A DNA stretch of 59,815 nt, taken from Holosporaceae bacterium. Its GTDB lineage: Bacteria; Pseudomonadota; Alphaproteobacteria; UBA3830. The translations under genes were made by a program, and so were the position numbers. The DNA lies in assembly GCA_031276565.1 (NCBI GenBank), contig JAISMS010000060.1, positions 1 through 59,815 of the forward strand, given 5' to 3'. Shown one piece after another: positions 38,298 through 48,340 of this stretch (position 1 is its first letter; each line of letters begins with the position of its first letter). The notes beneath the pieces were generated by a model that saw only the letters and a program-made list of their open reading frames with translations, had not been told where the DNA came from and made no database searches.

Positions 38298-38503
38298 GTG
38301 CCGCATTTCCACCTGCATATCCCGGGAGGAGAACGTCTTCGACGCCAGGTGCCGCATTTCCACCTGCATAGACGCCAGTTGCCGAAATACCGGGTGTTTC
38401 CGAAAGCGGATATCGCATCCTCAGCAACGCCGGGCCGAATTCGGGACAGGAGGTGCCGCATTTCCACCTGCACATCTCGGGAGGAGAACGTCTTCGACGC
38501 TAA
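38163..38503 (+). repeat. nested tandem duplications of the hinT 3' end (51-bp unit x about 2.4, then a ~133-bp copy of the last 45 codons)
   Basis: gtgccgcatttccacctgcat starts at 38247, 38298 and 38349 (period 51). Segment 38371..38503 re-copies 38163..38297 with a few substitutions and its own TAA. Confidence 0.9.
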
Positions 38504-38607
38504 AGGAATTTTGTTTTCCGTCCGCGTAAAAACCGATGTTACTTTTATATGCCGTTCATGTTCTGTATAATATAAATAACAGAGCGATCAATTTTGGAGG
38601 ACGGGAC

Positions 38608-39519
38608 ATGCATGATTTTTCCGCGGCGAAAAAAGAAGCCGAAGAAACAAGAAACGAGCTTCGGACGGAAACAGTCAGAGCGACTTCCCCGGGATTGGAG
38701 GAGATTCTCTACAAACCCTTTCCGGTTTTGGATCACGGTTTCATTCGCGTAGTGGATTACATGGGAACCGACGCGTCGGTGGTGCAAGCCGCCAGAGTTT
38801 CTTACGGAGCCGGCACCAAAAAAGTTCAGGAGGATCGGGGGCTGATAAATTACCTTATGAGACACGGACATTCCACTCCGTTCGAGATGTGCGAAATCAA
38901 ACTGCATGTCAAGATGCCCGTATTTGTCGCCCGCCAATGGATACGACACCGCACGGCCAGCGTAAACGAATATTCCGCCCGCTATTCGATCCTCGGCAAC
39001 GAATTTTATATCCCGGAGATTGCCCAATTGTCCGAACAATCGAAGACCGATAAACAGGGGCGCTGCGGCGCGAAACTCGACAAAGAAAAAGCCGAAAAGA
39101 TATCTGAAATCCTGGAAGAGGCCTGCCGTGATTCCTACGACAAGTACACGCGTCTGCTGAATGATCTGTCGCTGGCCCGAGAGCTCGCCAGGACAGTCCT
39201 TCCAGTCAGCATTTATACGGAGATGTATTGGAAGACGAACTTGCATAATCTGATGCATTTTTTAAAACTCCGGGCAGATCCCCATGCCCAATACGAAATA
39301 AGAAGCTACGCCGAAGTAATTCTGGAAATCCTGAAGAGATGGACGCCTTTCACCTTTGAAGCGTTCGTCAACTACAGACAGCGGGCGGTTTCCCTCTCGC
39401 AAAAATGTACCGAACTGCTAAAATGCAAGCTGAAGGGCGAAAAAATATCCCGAGAGACTTCCGGCTTGAGCGAAGGCGAATGGAGAGAATTCGCGGAAAC
39501 ATTCGAGATCGGAGAATAG
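38608..39519 (+). CDS. thyX: FAD-dependent thymidylate synthase
   Basis: The ThyX motif [14 protein letters not shown] is present. The start was set to ATG 38608 (MHDFSAAKK), which is preceded by GGAGG at 38596..38600. Confidence 0.9.
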   Translation: MHDFSAAKKEAEETRNELRTETVRATSPGLEEILYKPFPVLDHGFIRVVDYMGTDASVVQAARVSYGAGTKKVQEDRGLINYLMRHGHSTPFEMCEIKLHVKMPVFVARQWIRHRTASVNEYSARYSILGNEFYIPEIAQLSEQSKTDKQGRCGAKLDKEKAEKISEILEEACRDSYDKYTRLLNDLSLARELARTVLPVSIYTEMYWKTNLHNLMHFLKLRADPHAQYEIRSYAEVILEILKRWTPFTFEAFVNYRQRAVSLSQKCTELLKCKLKGEKISRETSGLSEGEWREFAETFEIGE

Positions 39520-39520
39520 A

Positions 39521-40162
39521 ATGCTTATTTGTCCCTCGATGTTATCGGCCGATTCTTCCCGCTACGGAGAGGAGCTGGCGGATGCGGAAAAGGCGGGAGC
39601 CGACGCGATACATTGGGACATAGCGGACGGAGTTTTTACGGACGCGATCACTTTCGGTCATCAAATCGTTAAAGATCACAGAAAATTGTCCTCTCTGCGT
39701 TTTGATGTTCATCTGATGATCGAAAATCCGGATAAACATCTGGAAAACTTTGCCCGGGCCGGCGCCGACGTCATAATCGTTCATCCGGAGACCTGCAAAC
39801 ATTTGCACCGAACTCTCCTCAATATAAAATCCTTAGGATTGAAATCCGGAGCGGCTTTGAATCCGGCGACGCCGGTTGCCGCCGTCGAATACTGCGTCGA
39901 TATCCTGGACACGGTAACGGTCATGAGCGTAAATCCCGGAGCTTCCGGTCGGGAATTCATAGATTCTCAGTTAAAAAAAATCTCGGAGTTAAAAAAGATG
40001 CTTCCGCCTTCGACGGAAATCTGTGCGGACGGCGGCATAACCGACCTGACGATAAAAGAATGTGCGAAACGCGGAGCGAACAGTTTCGTCTCCGGATCCT
40101 ACATATTCCGAAATCCGAACCGTTCCGACGCCGTTCGGAGACTGAGGGAAGCCTGCGGTTAA
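39521..40162 (+). CDS. rpe: ribulose-phosphate 3-epimerase
   Basis: Motifs PSMLSAD, IHWDIADGVF, DVHLMI, VMSVNPG and DGGI are present. Confidence 0.9.
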   Translation: MLICPSMLSADSSRYGEELADAEKAGADAIHWDIADGVFTDAITFGHQIVKDHRKLSSLRFDVHLMIENPDKHLENFARAGADVIIVHPETCKHLHRTLLNIKSLGLKSGAALNPATPVAAVEYCVDILDTVTVMSVNPGASGREFIDSQLKKISELKKMLPPSTEICADGGITDLTIKECAKRGANSFVSGSYIFRNPNRSDAVRRLREACG

Positions 40163-40169
40163 TCATATC

Positions 40170-41669
40170 ATGAGCAGTATTTTTTCACTTTCCGAGTTTA
40201 TAAGGTGCATCAGAATATACTGCTCGAAGTTGCATGCGACGTTGGCTGAAATCCCGCTTTACAGAATCACGCTCCTCTCGTCCGCCCCCAAAAACATTCG
40301 CAACAAACTGAATTCCGAGTTTCCGCAGGAATATTCGATAGATCTTGTGTCCCGCAGCCACATCATAGTCCTGAAATGCTCCGGCCGGTCTGTTTTTATC
40401 CGGGACGTTTCCGCCGCCCTGACGTCCGATAAGTTCTCCGACGCGGAAAAGGCCGAACTGCACGGCTTCGGATGGATATCGCTGCTGAACCTTAACATAG
40501 ACAAACAATGGCGGTTGCTGGTACGCCAGCACATGATGTTTTGGATCGAAAATTTCAAAAACACCCGCGGACTCGCCTGGTCGATTCCGATTGTTTCCGC
40601 AAGGATTTACAACTGGATCATGCGCCATAATCTTATTTCCAAAACCTCCGATAAAAAATTCAATCGGACTTTGGGAGAAAGTTTGGTTCGACAACTGAAT
40701 TTTTTGAAGAGACAGCTGTATTTGCCGATGAAAGCGTCGGATAAGATCTCGCTCGTGCTGGCGGTCGCAACGGGCGCTTCCGCCGTAAACGACGATAAAA
40801 CCGCGCTGCGGGCGCTGCGAGAATTGACCCGATTTCTCGCGGACGTCGACGTCGCGGAATCCTGCAAAACGCCTTTGGAAATACTGAACGTTCTGCGCAA
40901 TCTCGTCGACATACAAGCCCTTGCCGTATTTCACAAAATCGCCGTTGCGGAAGAAATTTCCCGAGCCGTTCTGAAACTGGCGCATATTATTCGGAAAATT
41001 CGCCATTCCGACGGCGGCATCAGTATCTTTTTGAGTGAATTCACCCCGATTCCTTCCCACATAGACGCCGTATTATCGGGGATACGCCACGAAGCCGCGT
41101 TCGAAGACAATTCCTACTTGAGGCTTCAATCCTTCGAAGGGACGGCGTTTATAGACCTGCGAAACAAATACTTTCCGTTGGAGTTCAGCTCCGGTCCCCG
41201 GCGGTTGATTCTTGGAACCTACGCCTGTTTTTCCGATCGACGAACGGTTTTTTCCGGCAGCAGTCTCATAAGACACTCGGTTAACAGAGAAAAAAACAAT
41301 ATTTGGTTCAACGGAAAGTCGGAGTTCGTCGTAAACGATCACGAAATGGTTTTCGAAAAAAAGCTATACATCAACAATCTCGGCACCGATATTCGCTGCG
41401 AAGAATCCGTCTCCGCAAAATCTTTCGACGTGCTGCACTACATAGTGCTGCCGGGAGAAATCAACATTTCGCCGCTGGAATATAAGAACGGATTTTTTAT
41501 GGATCTGAAAAACGGAATCAGATGGCTTTGGAATTTCAACAAAGGCGCGGAATTTTCCTTCGATTTCGAAAAAAACGGTATTCTGAACGGAGAAAAAACC
41601 GGCCTTACCCTCTTGGCCGTCAATGCCGGATCTTCGAACAAGCTGCGTTGGAGCCTTAAAAAGGTATGA
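40170..41669 (+). CDS. conserved hypothetical protein (possibly heparinase II/III-like family)
   Basis: The 499-aa ORF has coding-like composition. The tentative family guess rests on size and on the rpe-adjacent context seen in other alphaproteobacteria. I can name no diagnostic motif. Confidence 0.4.
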   Translation: MSSIFSLSEFIRCIRIYCSKLHATLAEIPLYRITLLSSAPKNIRNKLNSEFPQEYSIDLVSRSHIIVLKCSGRSVFIRDVSAALTSDKFSDAEKAELHGFGWISLLNLNIDKQWRLLVRQHMMFWIENFKNTRGLAWSIPIVSARIYNWIMRHNLISKTSDKKFNRTLGESLVRQLNFLKRQLYLPMKASDKISLVLAVATGASAVNDDKTALRALRELTRFLADVDVAESCKTPLEILNVLRNLVDIQALAVFHKIAVAEEISRAVLKLAHIIRKIRHSDGGISIFLSEFTPIPSHIDAVLSGIRHEAAFEDNSYLRLQSFEGTAFIDLRNKYFPLEFSSGPRRLILGTYACFSDRRTVFSGSSLIRHSVNREKNNIWFNGKSEFVVNDHEMVFEKKLYINNLGTDIRCEESVSAKSFDVLHYIVLPGEINISPLEYKNGFFMDLKNGIRWLWNFNKGAEFSFDFEKNGILNGEKTGLTLLAVNAGSSNKLRWSLKKV

Positions 41670-42007
41670 TCGCCGTTTGACTTCTCAAATACGGATCCCG
41701 GCTCGTTCGCCAATCGGAATGTTTCCCGAAGCGAGCCGGCGGGATGTTCCGACAATTGTTGTCCGCATACTTTTGATTCAGCTGCAATGCGGTTGTTTTT
41801 AAACGTTATGCGTTCAAATTAACCTTTGGGCATTACGAGATTTTGTTTTTCCGTTTCGCCTTATAAACCGGCACATGTCGGCCTCCGAATTCCGGAAGCC
41901 CGCATCGTACAACGTCCGTCAACGGCGTAATCTTCGCAAACAGTCCCTGTTGCGGGATCGGACGATCGGCGGTATCATGTCCCCATTGCGGCGCGGAGCG
42001 AAAGCGA

Positions 42008-42730
42008 ATGATTGATCCTCTGCATCAATTCACCATAACGCCCCTGACGGGGATTAACATCGGAGGAGTCGATTTATCGTTTACGAATTCGTCTCTGGCG
42101 GTGTCTGCGACCTTCCTGCTCATATGGGCGGTTTTTACCCTGTGTCTGCGGCGCGGCAGATTAATTCCGGAACGGCCGCAGGCCGCCGCCGAAATGCTTT
42201 ACGGACTCGTGGCGGATTTGATCGACGCCAATGTCGGAAGAAGCGGACTGCGCTATTTCCCGTTTGTCTTTACCGTGTTTTGCTTTGTGCTGTTCGGAAA
42301 TCTCACGGGATTGATCCCGTATATGTTCACTTTCACCAGCCACATAATCGCGACTTTTACGGTGGCGGCCGCCGTGTTTCTGTTTATAACCGCGCTCGGC
42401 ATAGTTCTGCACGGTTTCGCTTTTTTCGGTATATTTGCCCCCTCGGGGGTGCCGAAGCTTCTGCTTCCTCTGCTGATCCCGGTTGAGCTGATCTCCTATC
42501 TCACCAGGCCGATCAGTCTTTCTGTCCGGCTTTTCGCCAACATGATGGCGGGACATACGATGATGAAGGTGTTCGCGGGATTCGCCGCAATGACGGGAAG
42601 TTTCTGCGCAGTCCCCATCGCCGTAAATATAATTTTGACGGGATTTGAGGTAGTGGTCGCTGTTTTGCAAGCCTATATATTTACCATACTGACTTGTGTA
42701 TATTTGAACGATGCGATACATTTGCATTAG
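42008..42730 (+). CDS. atpB: F0F1 ATP synthase subunit a
   Basis: The motif LSVRLFANMMAGH contains the essential Arg. The protein is polytopic. Confidence 0.95.
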   Translation: MIDPLHQFTITPLTGINIGGVDLSFTNSSLAVSATFLLIWAVFTLCLRRGRLIPERPQAAAEMLYGLVADLIDANVGRSGLRYFPFVFTVFCFVLFGNLTGLIPYMFTFTSHIIATFTVAAAVFLFITALGIVLHGFAFFGIFAPSGVPKLLLPLLIPVELISYLTRPISLSVRLFANMMAGHTMMKVFAGFAAMTGSFCAVPIAVNIILTGFEVVVAVLQAYIFTILTCVYLNDAIHLH

Positions 42731-42748
42731 TTTTACGGGAGTCTGATT

Positions 42749-42976
42749 ATGTTATCAACCGAAGCAGCTCGTTTTCTCAGCGCGGCCGTTGCAGTTTTTG
42801 CCCTCTACGGCATCGGTACCAGCATGGGAAATCTGTTCTCCACGTGGATCAGTTCCGTCGCAAGGAATCCCGAGGCAGACGAGAAAATTAAGTTTGCCGG
42901 AATGCTCGGATTTGCGATAACGGAGTCCATCGCTCTGTTCGCTCTTCTGGTTTCGATATTGATCCTTTTCAGATAA
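42749..42976 (+). CDS. atpE: F0F1 ATP synthase subunit c
   Basis: This 75-aa hairpin protein carries the ion-binding Glu in GFAITESIALFALLV. Confidence 0.95.
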   Translation: MLSTEAARFLSAAVAVFALYGIGTSMGNLFSTWISSVARNPEADEKIKFAGMLGFAITESIALFALLVSILILFR

Positions 42977-42988
42977 ATCGGTGAAGAG

Positions 42989-43444
42989 TTGCCGCAGCTT
43001 GCCGCTTCAACATTTCCGTCCCAGATTTTTTGGGTATTAGTAGGGTTTGCGTCGGTTTATTTTCTTGTGTCGACGATTTTCATGCCGAAAATGGAAAAAA
43101 TACTGGGCGAAAGAAAAGATTACGTCGACGATTTGTTGCAAACCGCCCGTCGTTTAAAAAGCGAATCGGAAAATCTGAACCGCGACGCCTCCGAAGCCCT
43201 GGAAAGCGCCCGAACAGACTTCGCAAAAAAAGAATATGAGCTTACGACGGCTTTTCGGCAACAAAGTTCAAAGGAAAAAGAACTGCTTCACAATTTGTTT
43301 TCCGAAAAATCCAAAACCGAGGCCGAGCTGCTGACCCGATCTTCCGATGAAGTTTTTCGGGAAATATCCGAAAAAACCGACGAAATGGCAGAGGCGGCTC
43401 TGGCGTATCTTTTTCGCCTGAAGCGGCCGGAGAAAAAATCATGA
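42989..43444 (+). CDS. atpF2: F0F1 ATP synthase subunit b'
   Basis: A TTG start gives MPQL...FPSQIFWVLVGFASVYFLV, the typical b' N-terminus, followed by a long charged helix. Confidence 0.8.
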   Translation: MPQLAASTFPSQIFWVLVGFASVYFLVSTIFMPKMEKILGERKDYVDDLLQTARRLKSESENLNRDASEALESARTDFAKKEYELTTAFRQQSSKEKELLHNLFSEKSKTEAELLTRSSDEVFREISEKTDEMAEAALAYLFRLKRPEKKS

Positions 43445-43902
43445 ATATAGATCCCGGCGTTTCCATAGTCGTGTCTTTCCTGGGGTTCGCCTGGGTTTTC
43501 ATGAGGAAGATCAGCCCTTCGGTACTGAAAATGCTGGACGGACATATAGAGACCGTAAAAAACAAAATCAGCGAGGCGGAGATTCTTAAGGAGGAAGCGA
43601 CTCTGGAATTAAAGGAAGCTCGCGCACGGAAAAACGAAGCCGAAAAGATCATGAAAGAAGAACGCCTGGAATCCGAAAAAAGAACCGAGCGGCTTTATGT
43701 CGAGCACGAAAAATATTTGCGGGAACTTCGGGAAAAATTCGAAGCGGCTTTAAAAATTCGTTTGGAATCCGAGCTGGCCCGGCAGAAAAGTCAGATTATG
43801 GCCAAATTGTCGGACGAAATAGTGCAAAAATTATCGGAGCGCATCAAATCCGAAGATTGCGCGGCGGACTTTACGGAAGAAGATCTGCGGAAATTGATAT
43901 AA
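43441..43902 (+). CDS. atpF: F0F1 ATP synthase subunit b
   Basis: It has a single N-terminal TM segment and a long charged coiled helix. It has a 4-nt overlap with the b' gene. Confidence 0.8.
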   Translation: MNIDPGVSIVVSFLGFAWVFMRKISPSVLKMLDGHIETVKNKISEAEILKEEATLELKEARARKNEAEKIMKEERLESEKRTERLYVEHEKYLRELREKFEAALKIRLESELARQKSQIMAKLSDEIVQKLSERIKSEDCAADFTEEDLRKLI

Positions 43903-44170
43903 CCGCCCGCAATCGGAGTTTATTTCACGACGTTGCCGTTAATCTCGGCAATTTATTCTGAATCGGCAAATGATTTTTTAATCGAAACGTTTTTTCGCTC
44001 CCGGCCGCGGCAATTCGCAGCGCCGTAAAAATGCTTTGATCGCGGGTTTTCGTTTTCCCGATTGTTATCCGCAATTGAAAATTTCCGTCCGCTATCATTG
44101 ATAACATAATTTTATTATGATAAATAATGTCAGATTTTTTATATTATAATGCGGTTATTTCGGAGAAAAA

Positions 44171-46393
44171 ATGGGGAAAATATCGGCGATCGTCGTTTCG
44201 ACAGTTTTGTCATTCACAGTTGAGGCGATGAAGTTTCCATGTCAACTGAAGATCAACAATGTAACATATATCCTCAAAAACAGCGGCATTGCGGAGGCGC
44301 GATTGAAAGAAAACGAACATTCGTTGCATAAAATGCCTATTCGACGAAAAATCCAGAAAGGAGGAACAGAATTTATCGTAACAACGATTACCGACAGTAA
44401 TGTCGACGGAGCTCGAAAAATATTTTTCCCGAAAGAGGTCGAAACCGTCGAAGGAAACATAAAATTCCGCTGCAGAAATTTACAAGAAGCGGCATTCGAA
44501 TCGGATTCTTTGCTCAAAAAAATCGGAAACTACGCTTTCATGGGAGCGGATGAATTATTGATATGTGTTCCGAAAAACACGGAAAGTATCGGAATGTTTG
44601 CATTTTCCTCCTGCGGCCAATTGGAATTGTCTTTCGAAAGCCCTTCCCGACTGCGGCAAATAGAAAATTCGTGTTTTTCCTGTTCGCTTTTAAAAAGCAT
44701 AATAATTCCGTCCGCCGTGGAAAACATCGGCTCTTCTTGTTTTGCGCTTTGCACCGAACTTAAGGAGTTTATATTCGAGCAAAATTTCCAATTGCGGAGT
44801 ATCGGAAAAGGCGCTTTTTGGAATGCCGATCCGGAATCCGTATTTATTCCGGCCTGTATCGAATCCATAGGCGACTTTTGTTTCTGCAATTGCACAAATC
44901 TCAAAAAAATAACCTTTGAAGCGAATTCCAAGATTAAAGAAATCGGATGCAACGCCTTTGAAAGGACAGAAATTACTCACATAAACCTTCCGCCGAGCGT
45001 AGAGATTCTGTGCGACAACTGTTTCGCACACTGTAATCAATTGAAAAAGGTGATATTCTTCGGAAATTCCCGACTTCGCATAATAGAACCGTCGGCTTTT
45101 AAAGAAACATCTCTGAGATTTTTGATAATTCCGTATTGCGCAAATATCGAATTTGCCGCGATTACAAGCCCTTTAGGGCCGTTTTCCAAGATCGTAACAA
45201 CGGAAAAAGGCAACAAGTACCGCCTGCTCGGCGGAAGCGCGTTGTGCTTGAGAGGAAAAGGGCCGGAAATAGAAACCGTTATAATTCACGAAAATAAACA
45301 ATATAACGTTATAACGCTGGAAAATTTCACTTCGGCAACCGAGAGGATAATTATACCGGCAAGCATAAGCAACATCGGCGCCCGATGTTTTAAAGATTGC
45401 AAAAATTTGAACAGAATAGAATTCGCCGAAGGTTCGCGACTCCTGCGCATCGGAGACGGCGCGTTTGCGAACACCGGACTGAAATCGATAACTCTCCCTC
45501 CGACGGAGATTAAGTTTCGCGGCAATAAATGCTTTTCCGATTGTTCTGAATTTCGCAGTTTTAACGGAAAATACACTCTCGAGCTCAGTGATGACGGAAT
45601 ATTGGAAACGAATTGCTCGGCCGTTCTCGAAAGTTGGTTTTCCGGCGTATTGACTTTAAAATCGATACATATTCCGTCAAGTGTAAAATCCATAGAAAAA
45701 GATTGTTTTTACGGTTGCAAAAACCTGCAGGAGGTAATCTTCGCCCATCCTTTTAAATTGCGCTACATCGGAAGCAGAGCCTTCGGAAAGACCGGCATAG
45801 TTTCGATCCGCATTCCGTCCGAAGTGAAATACATCGGCTCAAAGTGCTTTACAAAGTGCGAAAATCTGACCGCGGTAACGGTGGAGGGAAACTTGAAAGC
45901 GCTCGACAATAATAAAGGATATTTCTTCAAGCATTGCCCGAAGTTGGAAACAATAACGCTGGACGCTCATCAATTTATTCTTGACCCGAAGAAGAAAACA
46001 TTTGAAATTCCGAAAGATATAAAAGCTCTGAAATATCAGTGGTTTGCAAAGATGTCCGTTCTGCAGTCGATAATCATTCATAATGACCTCGAAAAAATCG
46101 GAGAGGAGTGTTTTTTAAAATGCCCCGATTTGCAGACAATACAGCTGCATATGGATTCCGGACTGAAGGATATAGGCCCCGACGCCTTTGACAAGTGTGC
46201 CAAATTACAGGGGGCAATAATCTGTGTAACACCCTATTTCTCCTTCGATAATTCCCAATATGCGAACAAAGTGACCCGATTGATCCTGATGCTTCAAAAT
46301 GAGCTGCCGAACGGTCACAATCAGATTAGTTTGCGTTATCCCTTTCCGACGCCCGCCGCTGCAAATGATGCACGCAACACCGGACAATCCTAG
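44171..46393 (+). CDS. BspA-type leucine-rich repeat protein (LRR_5-like repeats)
   Basis: The module I.IP.SV..IG..(A/C)F..C..L..I.F recurs. Examples are IIIPSAVENIGSSCFALCTELKEFIF, IIIPASISNIGARCFKDCKNLNRIEF and IHIPSSVKSIEKDCFYGCKNLQEVIF. Confidence 0.8.
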   Translation: MGKISAIVVSTVLSFTVEAMKFPCQLKINNVTYILKNSGIAEARLKENEHSLHKMPIRRKIQKGGTEFIVTTITDSNVDGARKIFFPKEVETVEGNIKFRCRNLQEAAFESDSLLKKIGNYAFMGADELLICVPKNTESIGMFAFSSCGQLELSFESPSRLRQIENSCFSCSLLKSIIIPSAVENIGSSCFALCTELKEFIFEQNFQLRSIGKGAFWNADPESVFIPACIESIGDFCFCNCTNLKKITFEANSKIKEIGCNAFERTEITHINLPPSVEILCDNCFAHCNQLKKVIFFGNSRLRIIEPSAFKETSLRFLIIPYCANIEFAAITSPLGPFSKIVTTEKGNKYRLLGGSALCLRGKGPEIETVIIHENKQYNVITLENFTSATERIIIPASISNIGARCFKDCKNLNRIEFAEGSRLLRIGDGAFANTGLKSITLPPTEIKFRGNKCFSDCSEFRSFNGKYTLELSDDGILETNCSAVLESWFSGVLTLKSIHIPSSVKSIEKDCFYGCKNLQEVIFAHPFKLRYIGSRAFGKTGIVSIRIPSEVKYIGSKCFTKCENLTAVTVEGNLKALDNNKGYFFKHCPKLETITLDAHQFILDPKKKTFEIPKDIKALKYQWFAKMSVLQSIIIHNDLEKIGEECFLKCPDLQTIQLHMDSGLKDIGPDAFDKCAKLQGAIICVTPYFSFDNSQYANKVTRLILMLQNELPNGHNQISLRYPFPTPAAANDARNTGQS

Positions 46394-46578
46394 CATCAGC
46401 GTCTCAGAATCAGAGGATATCTTTTCGGCAAAAAAGCAAAAAGGACGCGTCGTTAACGCATTCCGGAATAAAACTCATCAAAAATTCATTAACAGGACAG
46501 AGCGCGAAACGTCGGATATGCCGATAAAATTCGGCCCGGCGGTTCGGAATTTTGTTTTTTACTCCGAATCATCGCTTT

Positions 46579-47307
46579 TTATATGTTATCGAAGTTCGAA
46601 AAATCTTCTTCGGGAAACTCGTCTCCTTCTTCCCGATCCCCGTATTTCTGCGTATATACGCTCTTTACTGTCGAATACAAGTTTATTGAATTTTGAACGC
46701 TATTATTAATAAACCCCGCATTCTCGCTGCGGTCGACGATTATGCCGAGGACGGATTTTGCAAACATCCACGGAAACCCTATGACATAAGAAATCGGATC
46801 GGCAAACCAGGAAATCGGCTCCGCGATAACGTCCCGCGTCGATGAAGATCCCAAAATCGGCAGGATAAGATAATCCCCCGTCGGCACGCACATTTTTCGG
46901 AGCGTATCCTTATATGAAACTTCGTTTCTCTCCAATCCGAGCAAACTTCCTATGTCAAAAATTCCTCCCGCTCCCAGAGTCGAATTTATCACAAAGCGAA
47001 AAAGAGAAGAGGCTGCGTTTTCGGCGTCAAGAACCGACAGATGGTTCAGGCAGTAAAACGGTTCTTTCAGGTTGGAAAGAATATTCGATACGGATTCTCT
47101 TGCGACGCCCGGAGCGTCTTCATACGCTTCCGCCAAAGGTTTCAGCAGATTTTCATCCAGTATCAGATTGAGTTCCAGCATATCCTTGTTGAACTCTCTG
47201 AACGGATCCGGATCATCTTCCGTCAATGAGCATCCGATCAACAGCGACAGCAGAAAAAAATTCGTTAACCGCATTACGACGCCCCGTATTTTTCCGGAAC
47301 TATACAT
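46579..47307 (-). CDS. mlaA: MlaA/VacJ family outer-membrane lipoprotein
   Basis: It has the lipobox LLIGC and DPFREFNKDMLELNLILDENLLKPLAEAY...NILSNLKEPFYCLNHL, which matches the MlaA core pattern. Confidence 0.8.
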   Translation of the reverse strand: MYSSGKIRGVVMRLTNFFLLSLLIGCSLTEDDPDPFREFNKDMLELNLILDENLLKPLAEAYEDAPGVARESVSNILSNLKEPFYCLNHLSVLDAENAASSLFRFVINSTLGAGGIFDIGSLLGLERNEVSYKDTLRKMCVPTGDYLILPILGSSSTRDVIAEPISWFADPISYVIGFPWMFAKSVLGIIVDRSENAGFINNSVQNSINLYSTVKSVYTQKYGDREEGDEFPEEDFSNFDNI

Positions 47308-47315
47308 CCGTTAAA

Positions 47316-47330
47316 TTAATTAGTAGTTAA
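47316..47330. promoter_or_regulatory. second TTAA-N7-TTAA motif, in the mlaA / radical-SAM divergent intergenic region
   Basis: aTTAAttagtagTTAAt lies 9 nt upstream of the mlaA start codon. Confidence 0.25.
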
Positions 47331-47394
47331 TAATCTCGAAAAAATCAACGGACCCTTTTGTCGGATCTCCTTTGGCGAACCCCAACGGTTATCT

Positions 47395-47422
47395 TTGAAG
47401 CCTCCTTTGATTCGGCTATAAT
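47395..47422 (+). promoter_or_regulatory. candidate sigma70-type promoter (TTGAAG-N16-TATAAT)
   Basis: ttgaag is at 47395..47400 and tataat at 47417..47422, 22 nt upstream of the ATG at 47445. Confidence 0.4.
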
Positions 47423-47444
47423 GACGTAAGACGAATAAAAACCC

Positions 47445-48332
47445 ATGTCCGTAAAAGAGATAACCTGTAAAACCGCCCTGCACCATCACGACAAAGAATT
47501 CGCGACCAATTGGGATTTGAACGTCTATCGCGGCTGCGGCCATCGATGCGTATACTGTTTCGCGCAGTATTCCCACAAATATCTCGAGACGGATCGGTTC
47601 TTCGACGATATTTTCGTAAAAACCAACGTGGCTGAGGCGCTGAACGTCGATTTTTCGAAACGTTCATGGAACGGAGACCCGATTAACGTTTGCGGAGTAA
47701 CCGACGGGTATCAGCCGATCGAAGAAGACTACTGCCTGATGCCGAAAATTATCAAAACATTCATTCGACATAAAAACCCCCTGGTAATCACCACCAAGTC
47801 AACCCTTCTCCTGCGGGATATAAATCTGTTGGAAGAGCTTAACGGAATCGCAGCGGTCGACGTACGGGTATCCGTCTCGGCAATGAACGAGTCCGTTCGA
47901 GAAAAAATAGAGCCGTTTGCATCGCCGACCGTCGATCGTTTGCGCATGCTGGGAGAACTCGGCAAACGGGGAATTCGCGCGGGAATACTTATGATGCCCG
48001 TAATTCCTCATTTGACCGATGATATCGAAAATTTGGATAAAATATTCGAACTGGTCAAAAAAAACGACGGGAAATTTATTTTTCCTCAAATATTACACCT
48101 TCGCGGAGACACAAAAAGGGATTTCCTCGATTACGCGCGAAAATTTTTTCCGGATTTGGAGGAAAAAATCAAACGGCTGTACGGCAGCGGAGCCTATGTC
48201 GACAAAAAATACGCGGAAGCCTTCAGACGGAAAATCATTCTTCTCCGAAAAAAATATAATTTTTTCAACGAATTGCCACGAAACGACTGCCGAAAACGGG
48301 AAACCCCGAGCGCGCAATTGACACTTTTATAG
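47445..48332 (+). CDS. radical SAM protein (SplB/DNA-photolyase-like COG1533 type)
   Basis: NVYRGCGHRCVYCFAQY contains the CxxxCxxC cluster close to the N-terminus. The length is 295 aa. Confidence 0.75.
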   Translation: MSVKEITCKTALHHHDKEFATNWDLNVYRGCGHRCVYCFAQYSHKYLETDRFFDDIFVKTNVAEALNVDFSKRSWNGDPINVCGVTDGYQPIEEDYCLMPKIIKTFIRHKNPLVITTKSTLLLRDINLLEELNGIAAVDVRVSVSAMNESVREKIEPFASPTVDRLRMLGELGKRGIRAGILMMPVIPHLTDDIENLDKIFELVKKNDGKFIFPQILHLRGDTKRDFLDYARKFFPDLEEKIKRLYGSGAYVDKKYAEAFRRKIILLRKKYNFFNELPRNDCRKRETPSAQLTLL

Positions 48333-48340
48333 AAAATCCG

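Noticed and set aside
38247-38503. I considered a CRISPR-like array for the 51-bp repeats, and likewise for the 8300..8865 repeat block.
   Set aside because: The units abut directly with no unique spacers, they are copies of adjacent coding sequence, and no cas genes are present.
41875-42015. I considered a 46-codon ORF just upstream of atpB as a candidate atpI/atpZ.
   Set aside because: The product (MSASEFRKPASYNVRQRRNLRKQSLLRDRTIGGIMSPLRRGAKAND) is basic and hydrophilic with no TM helix, whereas AtpI-type proteins are membrane proteins.
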